Below the pieces are notes generated by a model that saw only the letters and a program-made list of their open reading frames with translations, had not been told where the DNA came from and searched no databases. From NCBI RefSeq assembly GCF_964355755.1, contig NC_092679.1, positions 5,734,201 through 5,798,200 on the forward strand: a stretch of DNA of 64,000 nucleotides. Direction: 5' to 3'. The position numbers and the translations under genes were made by a program. Each line of letters opens with the position of its first letter. Position 1 is the first letter of the stretch. This document shows, piece after piece, positions 12,701 to 24,700 of this stretch. The stretch is from Antedon mediterranea (taxonomy: Eukaryota > Animalia > Echinodermata).

Positions 12701-15700
12701 TAAACATAAGCAGATTCCAGGGGGAAGTGGCTCTTGTTCAACCCATTTACGATATTTTTATGCCCGGGCCTCCTATCCGCTATTTAAAAATCCGAGATCC
12801 TTCACTGACAAAGGTAAATGTTTCTGCATTGATGATTGAAATAAATTATTATTCAATGGCTTCGCTTCCCATATAATCTCTAATGGTTCTAAACACAGGT
12901 AAATACTTAAATTACTAATGAATATTGTAAAATCAATACTTCTAGCTGTCAGTATGTACAAACACCTGCAAATCTAATAATGTACAATCTTCTACTGTAA
13001 TTGCTGACCCTCTGTGTGTGTGACCTATTCAATAAGTGCAATCAGAAGTACAAACAATAGATAGATCTTGATGTTTATTAAAGACGTATTGTCCTCCTGA
13101 AAAATTAATTCTTAAACATTTTTCTGTTCAATATGCCATTTTAATGTCACCAAATAATTATCCACTTTGACAAAAAATTGGATCGAAAAAAAAAATATTT
13201 ACCTAAAAAAATGTAATTTAAAACAAAAAATAGTCAAATTGGCTTCCAGTTTAACCATTTATTTTGTAATTTTATAAGTGAAAACATTAATTTTTTTTCT
13301 ACAGAAATGATTTACTTTAATAAAGCTACAAAATAATCTATTCAAAGTCTGATTATATTAATCTTTATCACGCTGCTGCTCTAGCCCGCTACGTCACACG
13401 AGATGACTCATTTATTAGATGAAATCAAGCAGCAGTTATAGTACTACACTTTGACATTTTTGTTAAAATTGAAACTCGACTATAATTTATAGGTACCAAC
13501 TGTATTTCTGATATTTATGAGTCCCATGACAATACTGTATTTGGCTGTCAGATAATCATTGAATTATTATCAAAACAGTCCATGAAGTATCTTAAGGCGT
13601 GATGAAGTGACCTCCAGACTTGACCTTAGCAGTAAAATAAACTAAATTGAGTCTGTTTCATATCAAAGTTATTCACTTCTGTAACAAAATTCACATTATA
13701 AAAAGAGAAAAGAAAAATATTTTTCAGAGAGACAATATATCTTTAAAACTGTTATGTCAATAAGCGAGCAGCGTTTTTTGTAAGAAATATTTCTTGTTTT
13801 ATCATGTTTTTTGGGGGACAATAAATCTTTAATAAATTATAACTGAAAACACAACTTTGCAATCAGAAACACAAATAATAGGTAAATCTCTGTAGTTATT
13901 AATACATTATCATTTAAAATATTATTATCTTATCATTTTTTTTATATTGTAAATATTGTTTGCCATTTTAGGTGGCAATGAGCAAGCTTTGATTATTAAA
14001 ATTTAAGAGAAAAAGTAAAGTTTGTGATATTTGTTTTGGATATATTTTATATACTGTCACTCTTACTATAAACACTATTTCTGCTCAGAATTTATCAAAC
14101 TCAAACTTCAAACAACGCTTTTGGATCAGTGGTAAACGCTTATAAAACGGTGCATTCTAATATTAACAGTTACACAAATAAATTAAATCAAAACTATAAA
14201 AAAATGTAAGTTAATAAACAAATAAATAACAAGGCCATGTACAAGGCTGCAGTCGCGTACTCAAATTTAAATTAGTGTTTACCGACCATCAGACCGAGCA
14301 TCCAACCAATTGACTGACATAGTCAATACATATGTATACAAATGTAGATAAAACTGAATAAATAAACAAATAATTTTAAAATTATTAATTACTCAATTGT
14401 TCTGTAACCATTTTATTTATTACAGCACATATATCGTAGCAGTGTTTGTGCTTACCCCCATCTGTCTGTTAGTATATGCACTGGATGTATTCGTTCGAAT
14501 TAAATTTCTATCATGGAGAATATTTTGGACTTTGGATGAAAATAAATGGACAAGGTAAATACCAACTCATAATTAAATTTTCTTTTCATTGTTATCTTAT
14601 AGAGTATCACGATGCTGACGTCATAACGGTAGGTGGCACTGCGTGGTTGCTAGCCCAACCAAAAATGCGTTCAACCTGCCTGAGTGACTCTCAGGTCACC
14701 AATGATTTGGAATAGGCTTATTGAAGTAGTCATTTTAAAACTTAATCATTTTCAATAAAAACAAACTAAAATTTCAAAAGATCACTAAATATTTGTTTTT
14801 GATAATCTATTTATTCTTCAACTACAGTTTAAGTTTAAAAAAATCAAGCTAAGATACATAATTTGATAGAAATACAGATCTTTACTGTTTATCAACATAG
14901 TAGCGATGAACGCATTTTTTGGTTGACTAGCAACCATGCAGCGCCCTCTATCATTATGACGTCACACCGTGATACTCTATGCATGAGGAATTTATTCCAC
15001 TCATAAAAATAAAGAGCCACCACGTATTTGACATTTAATGATGTTATATCAAATATTAGCTCTAGTCACCAGCTGCGTATACTAATTTAGAGTAAGACTT
15101 TAAGAACCATGTCATATTATTGTGCTGCAGTTGTTTACTCTTTAACATGTTAATGCATATAAGCTTTTCTTTGATACAATATTGTTTACTGCAGTAACTG
15201 CCTCACAAACGTCTACTGAAACAAACTAAAATCATCACAATGTAGCTACTGCAGTAACTCCAGTACATGCAATAATTTTGATAAGATATCCCTTAAATGA
15301 TGCTAAGTGCTCAGTGTACACTGTTGTCAGAGATATTAATTTCCACAATTTTGTTGCAAACAGTTCAAAGTCAACCTGCTTAAATTTTGCATTTTGCAAC
15401 GATTGGTTTCGTATCAGTGGGCATTTCTGACCCCAGCAGAGTTTAATGATTAACATGGACAATAGATTTCATTGTTGACAGTTATCTACATACGTTCTGG
15501 TGTCTATTTCAAAACCTGTGTAGCATGACATTGTAAAACCAATAATAGATTTTTCCTCTTAAATTTGTAATGGATTTTTTAAAACATGATACAATACACA
15601 TTTATTTTGTTGCAAATTTTTATTTTGACATTAACCCTTCTATAAGCCTGTTTGTCATTTAGATAAATTTGTTCGCACAAATCATAAGTGGTGTTTTACA

Positions 15701-18700
15701 TGTACATACATATTCAACCAATCAGAGCTCAGAAATGTTTGATACACATGAATACATTCACTTACATGCTTAATATCTCTTATGTCATTACTTCTCTAGT
15801 ACTTTATTGCTGAATATTAATTAGCTTTTCATTTATTGTGTTAGCTTTAGCTTACTCTTAAAAGCATCTTTTCTTTTTGAAGTGCTCTGTTCAAGCACCT
15901 ACTTTAATGAAGCATTAATATATTAATACAGGCACATTCATATAAAATAATACCAGGACTTAATTATTATAAGTTTAGTAAGATAAAGAGAAACCATTTA
16001 CAGAAATAATATCATGATTAGTGGAAGCTTGATCAATGGTGAATGTGAACCTACAAGAGTGGCTTATCATGATCAGTAAGATTAAGAGAAACCGTTCACA
16101 TAGAAATAATATCATGATTAGTGGAAGCTTGATCAATGGTGAATGTGAACCTACAAGAGTGGCTGATCATGATCAGTAAGATTAAGAGAAACCGTTCACA
16201 TAGAAATAATATCATGATTAGTGGAAGCTTGATCAATGGTGAATGTGAACCTACAAGAGTGGCTGATCATGATCAGTAAGATTAAGAGAAACCGTTCACA
16301 TAGAAATAATATCATGATTAGTGGAAGCTTGATCAATGGTGAATGTGAACCTACAAGAGTGGCTGATCATGATCAGTAAGATTAAGAGAAACCGTTCACA
16401 TAGAAATAATATCATGATTAGTGGAAGCTTGATCAATGGTGAATGTGAACCAACAAGAGTGGCTGATCATGATCAGTAAGATTAAGAGAAACCGTTCACA
16501 TAGAAATAATATCATGATTAGTGGAAGCTTGATCAATGGTGAATGTGAACCTACAAGAGTGGCTGATCATGATCAGTAAGATTAAGAGAAACCGTTCACA
16601 TAGAAATAATATCATGATTAGTGGAAGCTTGATCAATGGTGAATGTGAACCAACAAGAGTGGCTGATCATGATCAGTAAGATTAAGAGAAACCGTTCACA
16701 TAGAAATAATATCATGATTAGTGGAAGCTTGATCAATGGTGAATGTGAACCTACAAGAGTGGCTGATCATGATCAGTAAGCATGATCAATGGTGAATGTG
16801 AACCTACAAGAGTGGCTGATCATGATCAGTAAGCATGATCAATGGTGAATGTAAACCTACAAGAGTGGCTGATCATGATCAGTAAGCATGATCAATGGTG
16901 AATGTGAACCTACAAGAGTGGCTGATCATGATCAGTAAGCATGATCAATGGTGAATGTGCTGATAATTATAACATTTTAGTTAAACATTGTTTTTATTAT
17001 CTTTCAGAGTGGAGTTTGTATTTGTTTTTCTTTACACCATAGATTTTATTATGTTAATATTGGATTCAGCATTATCAATAGTGAGTTTTTAATTAATTTG
17101 AATCTGCAATCATTGTCATACTATTAGCCACGAGCTTAAGAAACTCAAAAGAAAAATTTATATTCTAATCTTTCATTATTTTTATTAGCGTATTGTTCAA
17201 CCTTTTCGATGTCTTCGTGCAGCAGTAATACTTTGTAAATCCAGAAATGTTGGTCATATCTACGATGTTGTAACATCAATTGTTTTAAAATTAGGGAAGG
17301 TTAGTGTGTTTTATCTCAATTTTTCAACTTTGTTGGGGTCGCCGGGGTAGTATATTGTGATGTTTGTGGTTTGAAATCTATGTTTGTCTCATTACATAGC
17401 TCTCATAACGTGGCTTAGTCAATAACGCATGCCAAAGTCGTGTCTGGTCGGGTTTCACAATGCATTTGAATTAGGATGACTATAACGAGGCATTTAATAA
17501 AAAGGCAAATTGCCTTAAAATGTAAATGTGACATGTTTCGAGAAACTATTCTCATCATCAGAACAGTAAACAACGCCTAGAGTGCTTATATACCAATAGG
17601 ACATATTGTATGTAAATAAGTAAGTAATTAGCATAATAAAACAAGGAATGTTGAATTGTTTATCAAAATTTGGGAATACTTTTTGGGTTTTTAGCATCTC
17701 TCAAATGCTAGTCATGTCTAGCCCATCAACACAATATAACCAAGGAAATCTAACAACAGGATACTGAGCTTTGGAGATAAAAGGGTTTATCTGTGGCTGC
17801 AACAGTTCCACGCTCCTTAACAGACACTGCACACCGCAGAGAATACATAATATGTAATTAGTACAGAATTGTTAGTATTTGTCACAGCCAGACATAAAAT
17901 CAAAGGACTGTTAAAAGTTGGCAAAGCTAGCTCTGGCAACTCAGTGTCCTGTTGTTAAATTGCCTGGATATAATTTAGACAAGGATGGCGATTTGATGTA
18001 TCAAAATATGATGTTAGAAAGATATTATTGTAGTCATTGTAAATTATACATAAACAATACGGCCATACTGCGTTGAAACACCGGTTCTTGTCAGATCACC
18101 GAAATTAAGCAACGTTGGGCCCGGTTGGATTCTGGATAAGAGACTATCTAGAAATAGCGGCGGGTGCTGTATATAGAGGGTCAAGTTAGGAGCGTCCATA
18201 TTCATATACACACGGCCCTGGATAAGCTAATGTAGTGTATAGTCAAGCTAGAAATACCATGACTTCGGCTTACCTCAGTGAACTAATCGTAACACCACCA
18301 CAATAGTGGATTCAATTAGAAGAAGACTGTAAATTGATTGTGTCTTATCTTGTGTAGGTGTTTTTCATTATTTTTGCATTCATCATGCTGTTTTCCGCAG
18401 TGGGCGTTCACTTGTTTATGGAGGATTACCAAAGGATACCCATGGACTACAATTGTACAGATAATTATACCACCACCGAGACTAGTGTTTATTTTGGGTA
18501 AAATGTTTTGAAAATTACAAATTTTTTTATTTCATATTCACATCTTAAAATGACGATTTTCTTATATTTGTTTTTGACTTGTGTATATTTCAAATAAATT
18601 TGAAAGTTGTTCTCAACGTTTATAGAAGAACTACTTGAGTTTTTGTTACATCTTTACTCTCTAAAGCCTTGTCTACACTATCAAACTTTATGTGTCAAAA

Positions 18701-21700
18701 AAGTTTGATGTGCCTATATATGGTAGTGCTATGCTTAAATATGGTAGTGATATGACATCATCATGTCCATATATGGGCACATCACATTTTTTTGACACAT
18801 AAAGTTTGAAAGTGTAGACAAAGCTTAACATACTGTATGGAGTGAAACGATTAATCGGTGGCAGAAGCTTTATTCCTCTTTTACCACACTTTGACACAAT
18901 AATAATAATAAATCTTAATTGTTGTTTGAAATTAATAAAAATATTATGTTGAATTTTTGCTTTTCATTTCAGTGCTTTCAATAATATTGGCGTCTCTTTT
19001 TTAAGAATGTTTGTTTTGCTTTCAACTGAAAATTACCCAGTAAGTATTATACAGATATTGACTGCTTAGAGGTTAAATATAAGATTTCAACCAATCGCGT
19101 TCGCGTATTTATATAGGCTATGTAATATAATACTGTAGTGTGTTATTCCCTTTCTGTATGTATCCTGCAATACACAAAAGTAACAGATTTTATTTCAATC
19201 TATTTTTCGTCTTTTTCTGTATTTCAGGAAATAATGATTCCAGCGTATATTCCCAATCCATTTAGTTTTTTCTACTTTGGTATATATTTGTTTGTTGGTG
19301 TTTTCTTCCTCACCGCAATCTTGCTAGCTATTATTGTGGATAGTTATTGGTAAGCTAAAAACATTCTACATTTTCTTTCAAATGAGTTTTTTGTTATATG
19401 CTACGTGCTAGTACTGTACTCAGGCTCCTTCTGGCCTTAACCCCTCTCCCACTCAACTGTGGTTTTAAAATATAGTTTAAGATCTTCGCAATACAATTTT
19501 GGTCATTTTGATTTTTACCCAAAAAGCCAGTATGTTCTTATTATGACCGATTCTGATTGATGAATAAAACTAAACCAAGGCTGTTTAAAGCACCTTGGTT
19601 GGTGCTATCATTGATCAAGGGGCTTCTCTCATCCAGTGCCCACCTTAGTCACCAAATGTACAAATCCAATATAGTTCACTAACAATATTTGACATGAAAT
19701 CTGTGTCTGTAGGGAATTTGCCAAAAAAGATGTTAAAAAGGAAAGGTCTCGAGAAAGAGCAGAGTTAGCCAAGGCATGGAATCTCCTTGATCCTTTGGGA
19801 AGTGGTCGTCTGGACGTCGATGACAGCAGGTTTCTGAAACTTTTCAATATGCTCCGGCCAAAGGTACGGTCTGCTTGAATTCCCTCCTTTGGTTGGTCGA
19901 TCACAGTGGCATACATCAATATTATATCTGCTTGAATTAGTATCTATAAATACCTAGTGCTTTCAGAATCTTGACATCATTTGAACAGGATGTTAGTGGA
20001 AACTACTGTTGTTATAATATGTAAATTTGGATTTGTTTATAAAAAAATATAATTCTTGTGAGTATTGGAGTCAGGAATGATAGAATAAACTGTCTCTCTC
20101 AAATGAATTTTGCCAATCAGAAACTGTTTAGTATATTTTGCTAAATAATATTATTTCGTTATGATTTTAATTTTTTCAGAACACAGAACAAATGAATCTT
20201 CAGTTAATAAATTATTTAGATAGTAATGGCGATCAAGAGATTGATTCTTTTGAGTGGACAATAAGACTTTCTGAAGCTCTTAGCTTTGAGTTTGAAGAGA
20301 CAAAGAATGATGACATTGTGAGTATTGATTAATGAGCTTCTATAGATTGGCTAGAGGGCAAACTCCAATATTGATATTGCACAATATACTCTCAATATGG
20401 CTCTGACACCTTGCAATGATTTTTAAGTGACACTTTTAACATTTTGAACGGCGTTTGTAATGGCATGTGCTTCAGGGTGTTGGACACTGAATTATGGGGT
20501 CGTGGTTCGAATCCAACTCTCGTCGCATTGCTTGTATCCTTAGGCAAGGCACTTTACTTACATTTGCCTCGCCCCACCCAGGTGTATTAAATGGGTACCC
20601 GGTTAGATCAAGACACAACTTTGCCCTGATTACTAGCTGCATTATGGGAGTATGTTTCCAAATTGGGGTAATAATGCTTGTAAAGCGCCTTTGAGCATGA
20701 TTACTCATGAAAAAAGCGCTATATAAATGTGGTATTATTATTATTATTATATATTATTATTAGTTATCCGCTTAGTAGCGGATAACTCCTTGTAATCGTC
20801 CTGTTTCATCAAATTTATTGGTTATCCGCAACTTAGTAGCAGGATAACCCATGTGATTGTAAATATCTTTTTTTTTCATCATCATCTTCTTTGTTCTTCT
20901 TTCTTTCCCTGATTTTTGTGAGCAGCATATCCCCTATAGCTTATGAATATAACTTTTGTATAACTTTGTCATTATATGGGCATTTACCTGAAGTTGTGCA
21001 CCTCCATATTTTGAATGACGTCAGAGTTGCGCAACGTGACTTACGCGCGATTTTATGAATTTCAATGATTGATCATAGGATAAAAAATAAAAGTCATTTT
21101 GAATTGACACTTAGTGAAAATTTAAGTTATATCAAGGTCAAACTTTCTATGGATTAAAAATGGCATGTTTTACAAGAAGTTACGCGCGCACGCGCATTTA
21201 AAGTTTCAAAATGCGCAAAATAAATTTCTAATCAACTTTCTACGCTGATCATGACATTTTAAGCATGTCAAAAATTTCTTGAATTATGATTTTACAGCCT
21301 TTCTTAGTCATTTTAAAAAAGATTTACATCATTTCAAATTAAAATGACTTCATACGAGCACGTTGATTTAGACCATTTGCGCGCGTTTTAGTTGAAAAAG
21401 TTACAAATATTGTCAAAATAATGCCAATTTTGAATCTATTATAGCTCCTCAGGATCATCCACGACACCCAATTTTTTTAATTTAATATGTAAGCAGATAT
21501 GTTGTAGATATGAATTCATGCAGAATCTTTACCTCTCGGATGTTATGACGGCATCGTATGGCCACACGAATGTAAAATATAGGATTTTTTACTCTTTCGT
21601 TATTGCTCATCACATTAAATAGAGCGCATCTCACTTTTACGTGCCCAAAATTCTTCAAATTTGTTTTAATGTAATTATTTAGATAATTATCTTCTAAAAT

Positions 21701-24700
21701 TGTTATCTTTATATGTCAATTTGATGACGTCATTGTGTTAATAATTGGATTTAAAAGATGGGTCTCGTAATTTTGTCTATGCTACACTGTATATAACATA
21801 TACAGTGTATTCTGTAAATACTGTAACATGATGTATGCTGCAAAATATTTACAATTCAGCACTGTAAAGATATTTATTTCATGTCATAGGATGGCATAAT
21901 AATTGTCGAGATTCATATAGTTTAAAGTATGTGCATGTTGCGTTTGCACGGATAACCCGAACTCGTCAAAGTGACGAGTTCAAATCTAGTTTCCTGTATT
22001 ATACTTCTTTCTTTCTGTCATTTTTGTGCGTCGTGTTTCTCTAAAACTTGTAAACAGAACATATCGTAACTTTGTCAACATATCGAAATTTACGTGAACT
22101 TGTGCACCTCCTATTTTTGAATGACGTCAGAGTTGCGCAACGTGACTTACGCGCGATTTTATGAATTTCAATGATTGATCATAGACTAAAAACCAAACAT
22201 AATTTTGTTTTGACACTTTGTGAAAATTTAAGTCATATCAAGCGCAAACTTTCTATGGATTAAAAATAGCATGTTTCACAAGAAGTTACGCGCGCACGCG
22301 CGTTTAAAATTTTAGAAAGCGAAAAATCAACTTCTAATCAACTTTCTATGCGTTTCATGTCATTTTGAGCATGTCAAAAATTCCCACGCGCGCGAAAATT
22401 TTTACGCACGCGGTGCACACGTAGCGTTAAAAACATATTTTTTTCGCGTGATTTATGTTTTTTCAGCCTTTTCTAGTAATGTTACCAAATTTTAAACAAT
22501 TTCGACTTAAAATTACGTCATACGAGCACGTCGAATTAGATAATTTGCACGCGTTTTTGGTGAAAAAGTTCAAAAATTCGTCAAAATTATGCCTATTTTT
22601 AAACATTCATAGATTCTAAACTACATTGGGAACTTTTTTTTAATTACATATTCTGGAAGTTGATGAGTTGTAGATATCGGATCATACATTAATATGGCTA
22701 ACCGGACATTGTGACGTCATCGTATGGCCACGCGAATATAAAATATAGGATTTTTGTCTCTTTCGTCATAGCTCATCACATTTAATAGAGCGCATCTCCA
22801 CTTATTCGTTGTCCATTTTCACCCCGATTTTAATATATTCTAGGTCAATCAACTATCTTTTGCATGAATTTAAATTTTTTTAACGTCATCATTCCTACAA
22901 ATTTAAATTACTTTGGTCATTAATTTCATCTTTACAGTAAATTTTAATCTGTTATAGCTCGTAAGAATAAAATGTGATAATCACGATTAAAACGTTTTCA
23001 GGAAGCTATTGTATTGTAGATACAAAATCATGTGAAAATTGTGCCAATCGAATGTTGTGACATCATCATATGGCCAGTTATATAAAAAAAGTCGTATTTT
23101 CATCTTTTGCGTTATATTTCATTACATTTAAAAGAGCGCGCATCAATATTTCACGTATTCAAATTTCTTCTACACGTTAATATGTTGTTGCTGAGATAAT
23201 TTCATTCTGAAATTTCTACTTTTGCATTTCATTTTGAAGCCGTCAAGATGTTAAAAATTACAATAAAATACGGGTCCCGTAATTTCACCTATTTTACACT
23301 GTTTGTGATATGTATACAGATTGTACTGTGTATACTATGTATATGACACAAAATAACAGAATTCAGAAATAACATTTCATATTCTTCAGTTCAGGTCATA
23401 ATGCCTTAATATTTTTCTGTGTGCAATATTCTAACGTATGACGTGCACGTGGCGTTTGTCGAGCGGATAACTAACTCGTCAAAGTGACGAGTTTCATGTC
23501 TAGTTATTAATTGTTTTTGCTCGCTAATGAAATGGTGTTACAAACATTGTGGTATATAAATTTTTATGTATAGGAAAAGTTTCCAAAATGGTTCCAGGCA
23601 ATATGTCGAACAGCACGAACAATTGATCGATCTGTTGCATTCTCCAAGACTATTCTTGTGCTGATATTTATTCACAGGTAAATCTACGTTTTAGAAAACT
23701 GCCTTAAAACATTTATTTTAATACTAAAGAATTAATTAATTCCCTGACCACGATCTTGTGAAAAGTGTGATGTTTTTTTGTACATTTGCTTTTTACAAGT
23801 TCATCAATACCTTCATGTTTTTTTTTAAAAACTCAAAAATGTACATGAATAAAGTGCATTGTGTAGGATTGTAGATAGTAATAATATAAATCATTTTGTT
23901 TGACAAATCCAGTAAAGAATTTACTCACAAAAATTTGCATTTTGTTTTACTTGCTTCTGCATTTTCGTTTACTTATGCACTGAGACACTAGTTGCACTAA
24001 TATCAAATACAAAATTAAGAAACTATACCTTGTTTTTACAGCCTACTGTTTTGTATTCGCTGGAAAGGACAAAGTATTGAGGAGATATTTGCAATACAAA
24101 TTACTAAATCAGTCATTGTTAGCATATTCTTTGTAAGTATGCATCCTTAAGCCACTGCTACATAATGGTACAGTAATATACTTTCAACATTAAGCATACT
24201 TACTTTCCAAGGAGTTTTCAATGATTGGTGAATGATCAGGAACTGAGTTATGATAAGCAGATTGTGAACCCCTTTTGGTTTGTGTTACTGGATGTAGTAT
24301 GATGGCCATTGAAAGACTGATTTGTGGACTATGATATATTTTAGTAACTTGTTTGGTTTGTGTTACTGGATGTAGTATGATGGCCATTGAAAGACTGATT
24401 TGTGGACTATGATATATTTTAGTAACTTGTTTGGTTTGTGTTACTGGATGTAGTATGATGGCCATTGAAAGACTGATTTGTGGACTATGATATATTTTAG
24501 TAACTTGTTTGGTTTGTGTTACTGTATGTACTATGATGGCCATTGAAAGACTGATTTGTGGACTATGATATATTTTAGTAACTTGTTTGGTTTGTGTTAC
24601 TGTATGTACTATGATGACCATTGAAAGACTGATTTGTGGACTATGATATATTTTAGTAACTTGTTTGGTTTGTGTTACTGTATGTACTATGATGGCCATT

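Noticed and set aside
15976-16958. CRISPR-like periodic array
   Set aside because: Units are identical end to end with no unique spacers, there are no cas genes, and the context is a eukaryotic intron.
18055-18175. Functional 5S rRNA gene
   Set aside because: Many substitutions including the box C region, no oligo-T terminator, and a solitary intronic location.
20450-20525. tRNA gene (also at 61410-61482)
   Set aside because: Only A/B-box-like heads with no full cloverleaf, and they continue into SINE bodies.
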